Source of the DNA: Tubulanus polymorphus
Taxonomy: Eukaryota; Animalia; Nemertea
NCBI RefSeq assembly: GCF_964204645.1
Contig: NC_134026.1
Span: forward strand, 17,208,150 to 17,272,149
Length of the DNA: 64,000 nucleotides
Reading direction: 5' to 3'
Position 1 is the first letter of the stretch. Each line of letters begins with the position of its first letter. Under the pieces are notes generated by a model. That model made no database searches. It was not told the DNA's origin and was given only the letters and a program-made list of their open reading frames with translations. Made by a program: the position numbers and the translations under genes. This document shows positions 12,988 to 23,700 of this stretch, one piece after another.

Positions 12988-14750
12988 AGTACGATAACCA
13001 CACTCAAACGTGGTGAACAGATGATAAGATAAAAACCCACTATTTACAAATTAAAAGAATTCTAAAATCGAGAATTTATGTATTGATACAATCTAAAATA
13101 TAAGAACACGACGTTTCGATCTCACCCTAGAGATCATCGTCAGGTGTAAGATATAGACTAAAAACGGGTATATATACAGAGGAGAACAGGTTTATATAGT
13201 AAATTGTTGAGTGAGTAACTAATTAGTGTTTGGCAAGGCATGAAGTAATATAATTAGAAAGATGGGAATTGTGAGGAGAAAAGCCATTATTCAAATTGGT
13301 ACTAATATCTGAGTGACGACTAATTAGGGCATACTCAACTATTTGGCGTTTAGCATAATTGCTGGGAGTATAAATAATTTCAGCATTATCAAAATTAAAA
13401 CGATGACCAGTGTTCCAAACGTGATCGGCTACGCCACTAGCCGGTTTTTGATTTATTATATCCTTTATGTGTTCAGAAATTCGAGTTTTTAAATCACGAC
13501 CAGTTTCTCAAAACTAAATTTCATCACAGCCAAAACAAGGAATTTTGTAAACTCCGCAGTACAAAGGTTTAGATTGATTGTTTTTACCAAAGACTTGCTA
13601 ATCTTGTTTTCATACGTGAAAATGATTCGTTTATCCAATAAGGGGAGAAAGTGACGAAACTTTTCCAAAACAGGTACATACGGAACTACAACGAATTATG
13701 TTTTTTGAAATGTTTTTTATTTTCTAGAGGTTTAGAATTAAAGAAAGTACGTTTAGCCTTAGAAATAGCGATTTTCAAAATGTGATCAGGGTAAGCCAAT
13801 TTTTTTAAGAGAGTTGGATATATGGTCAAATTCAGCCGAAAGGAAGGTTTCATCGGAGATCCGCAGTGCACGGAGACAGAGGCCTTGAGCGAGACCAATT
13901 TTGATTGATTTAGCAGTAAACGAAAAGAAATGGAGATATACCTCAGAAAAAAATCAAATGGGAGTATTTATTGTTAGATTAGAACATCTTAAAACGGAAT
14001 GTGGTCATTTTGTTCCCATTCAAAAGTGAATTTCAAAGATGGATATTGGGAGTTGATGAAGTCAATAAAAGATTTAAGATCAAAGTCATCAGAAACTAAG
14101 CACATAATGCCGTCATGTAAACATATCTAATCCAAAAGTTAGGTTTAGAGCCAGCGTAATTTGGAAGAATTTCGGATTCAAAATGTTCATGCAAAAGATT
14201 AGCCAAAATGGGGGATAATACCGAAAATTTGTTCATAGAAATTGTCTTGGAATTAGAAGTATAGATTGGTATAAGTTCAGAGTTTCAAAAGTAAGCAATC
14301 TACAGGAATCGGGAGATCAAGATTGGAGTCCGAGTTTTCTTCTTAAGAAATTGAGAGTTGGTTCCAATGGTTTATTTTTAAACAAGGATATAGCGTCGAA
14401 AGATATAAATTTTTGGCCATTAGGTTGGAGATTTTTTAGTTTGTCTGAAAGACCCATATTGTGCCGAATGTGAGAATCAGAAAGTACCCAGAACCGGGGA
14501 GAGTACTTTAGCCAGATATTTGGAGAGCCGATATGATGGAGAATTGATATTAGAAATGATCGGTCTAAAAGGTGAATAGGGTTTATGAATTTTAGGAAGA
14601 CCATAAGCATAAGGGAGATTTGGAAGCCGAGAGTTGAATTTGGAGATGAAATCCGAATGATCTGAAAATGAGATGTTTTTAAAAACTTAATTTAAAGCTG
14701 ATTGCATCTTTTTCAAAGGGGTGTTTGATCAACCCTTTGAATAAGATGTA
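12988..14750 (-). mobile_element. Penelope-like retroelement (RT + GIY-YIG endonuclease, decayed) with pLTR and tail
   Basis: Minus strand LPYAYGLPKIHKP (~14580-14625), FISFDAISLF, GVYKIPC..C..ETGRDLKTRISEH (~13470-13560); hammerhead motif in the pLTR. Confidence 0.9.
13106..13147 (-). ncRNA. Minimal type I hammerhead ribozyme (Penelope pLTR)
   Basis: Minus strand ACAC-CTGACGA-T-GATCTC tagggt GAGATC-GAAA-CGTC-GTGT: intact CUGANGA and GAAA cores, stems I and II, short palindromic stem III. Confidence 0.85.
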
Positions 14751-15212
14751 ATCATCTTTTCACCTCATCTCCAAATTCAGAATCTGATCGGAAAATGTCC
14801 ACCTTCATCGAGATGTCCAGTTACAAAAAAGGATGTGCAATCTGATAATGAGCCTACTAGCCAATGCAGTTACAAGAACATCAATGCTGTGCTGCGAAAC
14901 TGACCAAAAATGTGAAATGATTGCAAGAATGGACTTTGTTTCACACAGACACGTTTCGGTCGCCATGAGTACCGTTACAATTGAACTTTACAATGCCTAC
15001 TTGGTATTATGAGGACTGGTAAGATGCTGAATGTGCTTATTTTGTGATATTACGAACTTTGGCAACTCTACTATTTACAATATTTATGACTATGACACAT
15101 AAATTTCAAAAATGAAACCTGGGTTGTACTTTGTAATACTATTATATATAGCTGCAATAAAATGCATTTTCATAGTTTTTGTGTGGTTACAATTAGTCTT
15201 GCGTTCTCTTGG

Positions 15213-15680
15213 GTTAAAATTTCGAATTTCGGAACACAAAAAGGATATAATAAATCAAAAACCGGCTAGTGGCGTAGCCAATCACGTTTGCAACACTGGT
15301 CATCGTTTTAATTTTGATAAAGCTCAAATTATTTATACTTCCAGCAATTACACTAAACGCCATTAGTTGAGTCTGTCCTAATTACTCGTCACTCAGATGT
15401 AAGTACCAATTTAGATAATGGCTTTTCTCCTCACAATTCCTTTCTTTCTTAGTATATTGCTTCATGCCTTGCCAAACACTAATAAGTAACTCACCAATTT
15501 ACTCAATTAACCCGTTCCCCTATACACATACACCCCTGTTTTTAGTCTATATCTCAAACCCGACGATTATCTAGGGTGAGATTGAAACGTCGTGTTCTTA
15601 TATTTTAGATTGTATCAATAAATAAATTCTCGATTTTAGAATTCTTTTAATTTGTAAGTATTGGGTTTTTATCTTCTCAT
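15213..15680 (+). mobile_element. Inverted partial copy (pLTR) of the same Penelope element, with a degenerate hammerhead at ~15556-15595
   Basis: Reverse complement of ~13021-13490; RISEHKKDIINQKPASGVANHV; ribozyme core mutated CTGA>CCGA. Confidence 0.85.
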
Positions 15681-16733
15681 GTATTAGTTATAAACCATTT
15701 TCACTACTTTCCTTTTGGCAGAATGAGGGTCACAGAAGTAAGGGGCAAGGGGGCTTTCGCAAAGTATTTGTTTTGCTGCCAGAAGATTCTGTTCAAGGTA
15801 TCGCCTACCTCTTGCGGACGAGGTCCTTCGACAGTCAATTCGTTTTTAGAAGGTTTGTGTCAACCTTATTCGAGATTTTCATTACACCACTGATTCCCAC
15901 TAGCAAGTTTCACACTCCTTTTGTGATCAATAATCAAACTGTCATTCCCCTGACTATATTCATGACTACAAACTTACTGTATTATATGGCTTTGACATGA
16001 TCTGATTCCGAAGTTTTGGTGGGGCTTGCAATGAAAAGTTGAACAGCGTCTCATACAGCTGATATCTTTTTCGGATGAGGAGGAAAAACTCCGATAGGTG
16101 GGTGCGCTGCTGTGCGTTGGGCTCGTCAAGCTTGCCCGCGATTGAAATTTGCAGAACGCATCTCGGCAACAAAACGGCTATTTGGCACCTATGCAGGTAA
16201 CCCTCACTTGAAAAAAACTAAGTATTCTGGTATTTCTAAGTAAACAAATCAGTATGTGAATTGTTCATTCACTAGGAATCAACAAAATTTAAGTCGGGTT
16301 TAGATATTTAGCCATTTCACATGATTGTAAAGCATGTTCATAGCCATTTAGGCTTTAGTGCTGATATATGAGTTGAACGACCGGTTGAGCAGGCTACTAG
16401 TAAGACTCATTACTAAGTAATGTGTTATGCAGTCTTTTTTAAACAGTGAGTATAAGCAACAATGAAAGTAGTGTGAAAATATTTATCGTTTTATTGTATG
16501 CGACCACTAGTGGACTAAGTAGACGTACGGAAACTAGTTTATCTTCGGTAACATACCTTGAATTTCAACTTCATACAACTCGCCATATATTCCAGTTTTA
16601 TTAAACAAATTTCTATGAATTATCATTCATAATTCAGTTAATCAAATAAGAAAACTAAAATTGTCTGAACTTGAAAACTTTATATTCAGGTCTACATGCC
16701 CTCTTAGTATAAAAATTATCTACTCATTTTCAG

Positions 16734-16927
16734 GTTTTGGATTGACCGAAGGCGAATTAAAGATAATCTGTGATCACATAGGTCATGGCATTAAGATACA
16801 TTCTGATGTGTACAGATTACAGAACTCTCTCCTTGAGGAGACCTTAGTCGCGCGTTTTAGTTGCGGCTGAGAATGGAGAAATAAATAAGTTTGCTGGGAA
16901 ATCTTTGCATCATATATCCTTGGAAGG
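16734..16927 (+). pseudogene. Exon encoding the C-terminal catalytic part of a tyrosine-recombinase-like protein
   Basis: Acceptor TTTCAG and donor AG|GTAAGT; ICDHIGHGIKIHSDVYRLQ (GH..H..Y catalytic box), then ENGEINKFAGKSL after a frameshift. Confidence 0.55.
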
Positions 16928-17999
16928 TAAGTGTTTTTAAGTATGAGTCTGAATGATGTAATACGTATTTCTTCGCCTGCAGAATGTCTACAACCATGAT
17001 CTATAATATGAATAATGTACAGGTAGGTCAAAAAATCTTCCGTTTATCTGCAATACTTTTTGAGTTATAAACCTATTAAAAAGCCATCCTGAAAACATGT
17101 ATTTCATCAGCACGTTACCTTAGCAACGCAATTTCTCGGTACGGCTCATGTTACCAGGGTAAAAATCCACCAAAATAAACTTCAGAATCTTATCTTTCTT
17201 CACTGGAAATTTGGGCTTTGAGGTATTCCAGGTAAGCGAAATCATTTCTAGAGGGTTTTTGAGACTTAGAGCCTGGACTACTATAAAAATATTTCTAAAT
17301 GACTTAACAGTTATAATCAGATCGATTTGAAATTTGGTATGAATTTTCTGTTGACCAAGACCTACTCTGGTACAGAGCCATTCTTTCGATTCATTTTTAG
17401 CCCACTTGGGACTTTAGTCCCAGCGGGCTATTGCGTTCACTTTTCGTCCGTCGTCCGTCCGTTCGTCCGTAGACGGAATCCAGTTATTTTGGGAAGTTTT
17501 GAAGACGCTTCAAGTCTTGATATTTGGTTTTTACATGTATCTACTCTAGACACATCTTCAGCCCAAAAACTGGCCCTGTCAGATTCAAGATGGCCGGCTG
17601 GCAGCCATTGTTGTTCGCCAAAATCAGCACTTTTTACACATTTTTGAAGTTTTTGAGGGAAATTTTGAAGATACTTTTATCAATAACCTTGATAATTCGT
17701 ATATATTTGTATCCCCCAAGGGCCCATCAGCATGAGAAAAATTGGGTCGATCGGACTCAAGGTGGTCGTCCTGTGACCTTTTTTGTTCCCAAAAATGTCA
17801 ATTTTGGCCTGAATTCTGAGTCCTGTAGCTTCCTAATGGTTTGCCATTTTTCATTGCAATTTGTGATGGGTATTCTTTGGAAAGGGATCTTTTATACCGG
17901 AGAAAGTATTTTTGATCAGGCAATTATGACGCAATTGGCGGCCATCTTGGGGTCATCAGTACTCATTCGTAGGTGGTAAAAGGTATTTCACCATCATAT

Positions 18000-18495
18000 T
18001 GATACTAGAGCATATTTTGCTGCCACAATTAATTGGAAAATTGACGCTCATGACATTGTTTATGATCATGTTGAGTTTCAAGGTCATTGGTCTTTGTATA
18101 TGGCCACCAGGGGGCGTTGAACAATGTAATAACTTAGTATTTCTATATTATATTGGTACCTTTGCATATTTTGCTACCACAATCAATTGGAAAGTTGTAG
18201 CTCATGACATGGTGTATGATCTTGGTGAGTTTCAAGCTCATTGGTTTTTCTATATGGCCACCAGGGGGCGTTAAATGATACAATAACTTAGTATTTCTAT
18301 ATTCGTACTTATGCATATTTTGCTACCACAATCAATTGGAAAGTTGTAGCTCATAACATGTTCTATGATTGAGGTGAGTTTCAAGCTTATTGGTTTTTTT
18401 ATGTGGCCACCAGGGGGCGTTGAACAATAGAATTACTTAGTATTTCTATATTATATTCGTACCTATGCATATTTTGCTACCACAATCAATTGGAA
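18000..18495 (+). repeat. ~150-bp tandem repeat, each unit with TGGCCACCAGGGGGCG (CTCF consensus)
   Basis: Motif at 18101, 18255 and 18404; related units at 28581 and in the non-autonomous copy. Confidence 0.8.
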
Positions 18496-19161
18496 AGCTT
18501 TTATCAATTATCGCTTTTATCAATTACCTTTATCATTTTTATACATTTGTATCCCCCAAGGGCCCATCAGCATGAAGAAAATTGGGTCGACTCAAGATGG
18601 CTGTCCTGTGACCTTTTCGTGCCAAAAAATGTCAATTTTGGTCCAAATTCTGAGTCCTGTAGCTTCCTAATGGTTTGGCATTTTTCATTGCAATTTGTGG
18701 AGGTTATTCGGAAGAGGGATCTTTAATACATGGGGACAGGTATTTTCGATTTATCCCACGAACTTCCCCATCTCACATTATACCCAAACCAGGGAGTTTG
18801 TGTATCATTTATCAGGTATATAGAAATCAATAAGATTTTTACATCAAATATTTATTCCATTTTTAAATGAAATAAAGTTTGATTTAATTTGAATTTGCTA
18901 TATTTTCCCAAAATTGAAATTTTGTTTATTATCTGAACGAGGTTATATTGTCATATTTTAATTGCGTTAAATATGATTCAATGTTTAAATTGTATACGCA
19001 AATTTGATCGGCGATTGATTTATTTTGTGTAACCTTAAAGCTGTCAATAAAGATAATTTGATTGAATTGAATTCAAACCCAAACAGTAGTGAATGAACCA
19101 CAGCCATCATCTGCTCAGGTGAGTCCATGTTATGTTTGTTTTTCTCTACAATTATCCACAG

Positions 19162-19273
<112 letters not shown>

Positions 19274-19986
19274 AGTGCACTCCATATGAAATAACAGTTT
19301 TGCCATTTTACTCTTTAGATGTGATATTTTTCAATTGCCCACAGTACAACGTAGTTGTATATGTGGCCAATAAACGGCGCTGATAGCTACATTTTTTCGA
19401 TACTAATTAAGTTAAGATTATTGCCAAAAAGCCTTTTTTTCTGACAATTATGTTTCGTGTTAATGATTCCAAGGAGTCTAAAGCAATATGATTTTTTAGG
19501 GTGTAAAGAAATATTACAGTTTCCATTAGCTTGTTTTCCTCTCTTGATTTCATTCTTTTCTTTCTTTTTCAGATTGGATTTCCAGTGGTGATAAAAAATT
19601 AACGTTTAAATTTATTTTTTTTTTTGAATTTTTGATTTAACGTTTGAAATTAACGTTTGCTATTACTATGCCTCATTATGGCTCCTGCAGCTGTATCTCT
19701 CCAATTTTGAAAATATTTTGCAACAAATCTGTCATAATAAATTTTGTGAAAGCTGTATCCAGTTTGATGATATAGGTGCCTACAATATTTCCAATACTAG
19801 AATGTCTTGTCCTGATGCCACTGATTTATTTTTCAGTTGTATATCTTGCATGATAACCTCAGGAAAACTTATCTTGAATGATGATTTAAATGGCAATAAC
19901 TGGTTTGTTCCTGAAATGATTGACATGCGTAGAAGAAAAGAAGAAAACGTATTCGTAAATTAAAGAAGTATGTACAATTCAATGAA

Positions 19987-20760
19987 ATGCTAACTGTGAT
20001 GAATAATGACAGTTATGAATTAGATTCCTTGAATAAAGTATATACACAAATTTATATCGTTAAAATGTTGTTCATATTGCTCATACAACAAGGATTCAGT
20101 GGATATACAGTTTTACTGTATTATCTTATGATATGTTTACTCCTTTCAGGTGATATAGAAACAAATCCTGTACAAATGTGTACAGGGTTCATTTTGTCAA
20201 AGTGGTGTGAATAGATACAGGCATGATGATGTTGGGAAACAGTGCGTTACCAATTGTGCAGTTGCTATTACGTATGCTATACACAAACCGTCATCATCGT
20301 GGGATACCAATGATATAAACTTAGTGATTGACACTGGGGATCTGTTCTACAGAAAATTGCCTAGTAAAGGTACTTATCTTACATTTGATGATTTACCTAA
20401 ATATATGAAATGCTTCAACAAGAACTATAATTTAAATAAACTTAATTCATATAATGGCTTGATATATTCTGATATGGCTGAAGAAACTTATGTTTCATTA
20501 GATTCTCTTCTTCATGAAGTATCGCAACCATTTTTTGCTCTAATGAAAAACTGGCATTTCTACAGCTAATTGTATTGCAATTATAGGCCTTAAAAAGCAT
20601 TGGTTCTTATTTGATCCTCATAGTAGAAATTCTGATGGATTTGTTTGTGATTCAGGTATTTCAGTTTTGCTAGAATTCTGTTCTCCTGAAGATATCATTG
20701 TACAAATACGTACTTTATGTTCACAATTGCAACTATCACTATTTGATATGATGACTTATA
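19987..20760 (+). pseudogene. Helentron polyprotein N-terminus: degenerate 2A-like peptide followed by a herpesvirus-USP (peptidase C76)-like cysteine protease
   Basis: LLLSGDIETNP at 20137-20169; after a frameshift VQGSFCQ..GKQCVTNC..WDTNDINLVIDTGDLFY; after another, WFLFDPHSRNSDG at ~20601-20639. Confidence 0.7.
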
Positions 20761-23700
20761 AGATCAAAACATTAACTTCGAAACGAATTACTCAATTAAG
20801 TAGGGATTGTAAATTATCTGAAAAATTTGTTGATTTGATGTCTGAAGATGATAATAATGATGATTTAGCTCTTTCGAAAACATCGGAATCTTTATTACCT
20901 CACCCTGACATGGTAGATAAATATCTTTTGGATCAAGATATTAAGTGTGTTAGACGAAGGAGACAAAAACTTGCATGGGTCCATAAAATGCGAACTGATG
21001 ATAAGAAACGCGAAGCAGAGCGCATAAAAGAAAAAGAACACAAGAACCTCATGCGAGCTAACCCTGAAATACGTCAGCCTGAACGTAAACGAGAATTGAT
21101 CGGGAAACAATCACAAAGAGCCATCCCTGAAAGGTACAAAGCTGAGCGTATTCTAGTGAATAAATATAGACAGGAGCAAAGAGCCATCCCTGAAAAACGT
21201 CAAGTTGAACGTAAACGAGAATTGATTGGGAAACAATTACAAAGAGCCATCCCTGAAAGGTACAAAGCTGAGCGTATTCTAGTGAATAAATATAGACAGG
21301 AGCAAAGAGCCATCCCTGAAAAACGTCAAGTTGAACGTAAACGAGAATTGATCGGGAAACAATGACAAAGAGCCATTCCTGAAAAACGTCAAGTTGAACG
21401 TAAACGAGAATTGATCGGGAAACAATTACAGCGGAGTACTCCAGAGAAAAAGCAAGCTGAAACATTGTATGATCGCAATCGTAAGAAAGTTTTGCGAAAA
21501 CAGCCATTAGTGCTTGAGATGGAAAGAGTTCAGAAGCAAGCTCAAAGATCATACAGACATATACATTCTTTGGAGAAGACAAGGGATCGTAAAAGAAAGT
21601 CAACTTTACGTTTATCTGATAGTTTTATTGCCTACGAAACCAATATGAAAAAGCAGAAACTTTTAAGAGAATCTCTTGCAGATTGTATCTCGAAATTCCA
21701 TAAAAGAATTTCTGTTGGTCCAATTTATGTTTGCTCCTCATGTCACCGTACTTGTTTTAAAGATTCTGTTATTTCGGCTGATTCATTATCAGATACTGGC
21801 TATGAAGATATGAAAAATATCTGCTTAACCAATTATGTATCAGTTAATGAATTGGAATGGATCTGTCTGACTTGTAGTGATTTCATAAAAAAGAATTCTA
21901 TGCCAACTCTTTCTGTTTATAATGGGCTTTATTTTCCACAAAAACCAAATGAATTGGATTTATTTTCGCTTGAGGAGAGACTTATAGCACCTCGTATCCC
22001 ATTTATGTAGATAAGAGAATTACCTAGAGGGCGTCAACTGTCATTAAAAGGCAATGTTGTTAATGTACCTTGTGATATTTCAGAAACCATCTGCAGTTTA
22101 CCTAGGAATTGGACTGATACACAAACACTCCATGTTCAATTTAAAAGACGCAATGAATACAAATCTACTGTTCATTCAGAAAATGTCAGACCTGCCAAAA
22201 TACAAGCTGCATTTCAATGGCTAATGGAAAACAGTTTATTGTACATGAGTTTAGAAATACAGTACAATCCTGATTGGTTTGACGTTGAAAACACTGAAGT
22301 AAAAGAATACCTTGAAGAACATGCTGACACTAATAATTCTGAAAATGGAATAACTGATATATTGTCACCTGACAATAAATCTAAAGAGACTGATGGTGAC
22401 AAATTTTGTGAAATTGATGATACACAGAATAATACTGGCAATTTAGGTACTTTGCTTATTGATGAAAGTGATAGAATAATATCATTTGCTCCTGGTCAGA
22501 ATCAAATCCCTTTAAGTATTTTCAAGGATGACTTTGCTGAGGAATTGGCTTTCCCAACAATATTCTGTGGTCAGAAGAGGCTTCCGAATACAGCAAGAAT
22601 AAAACCTGTACATTATAGCCAGATTTGTAAGTGGGAACTGTGCAATGTCGATAGGAGAGCTGCCATGTCCGTGCCAAATCTTTTTTTCAAAACATGTAAA
22701 TTGCAATTGCAACAAGTGTCTGGAAAGGTATCATTTGCAGTACGCCGATTCAAAACTAAGGGCAAGACTCTCAAAGCTGGTGATCTTTGCAAGGAATCTG
22801 GTCATGATAATTTTGTGAATTTGGATGATGGGTACTATATTTTCAAAACACTAAGAAATTCTCCAGCTTATTTAGAGTCAAAAAAGAAACATGTTTTTGC
22901 TATGATACGTCAGCTAGGTCTACCTACATGGTTTATTAGTCTAAGTGCCGCAGATACAAAATGGGTTGATCTATTGAAAATTCTTGGGAAATTAATTGAC
23001 AAAACTGATTATTCTGATAATGATATTGAAGCCATGGACTGGCAACAACGTTCGCGACTTATTAAATCTGATCCTGTTACTTGTGCTAGATTCTTTGACC
23101 ACAGAGTTCACAATTTTATTGAACATGTTTTAAAGAGTGCACATAATCCAATTGGGGAGATTCAAGATATGTTTTATAGAATAGAAATGCAACAGCGAGG
23201 CTCAGCTCACATTCACATGATTGTGTGGATTAAAGATGCACCTAAGTTTGGAGAACAATCTAATGAAGAAATTGCTACATGGCTTGATCAATTTGTCTCA
23301 TGTACTAGTAATGTGTTGGAATTTGATAAAGAATTTGTGAATCTCCAAAAACATAAACATTCCAAGACATGTAAAAAGTATAACAAACCCATTTGCAGGT
23401 TTTGTTTTCCATTAGCCCCTATGTCACACACTACAATTCTTGAACCATTTGAAGTTAGTAAAGATAAAGAAGAAAAAGCCAGATTAGACGAATTGCATCT
23501 GAAAGTCACCAACCTTCTTAATGAAGATAAAGAAGGATTAAACATGTCATTTTCAGAATTTTTATCAAAACTTGAGCTCGATAATGAAACATACCTTAAG
23601 GTAATTTCTAGTAAATTGAAAACAGCAAAGGTTTTCCTCAAGAGAGATCCTTGTGATATAAGAATAAATCCATATTTTAAGAAAATTATCTCTGCCTGGC

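Noticed and set aside
17040-17393. Older repeat apparently split by the Helentron (continuing at 28776-29050)
   Set aside because: The flanks look related, but no termini or TSD could be defined
21058-21603. 181-aa antisense ORF (also 36071-36430, 37791-38351, 52339-52916)
   Set aside because: Shadow frames of coding repeats or real genes, with no independent motifs
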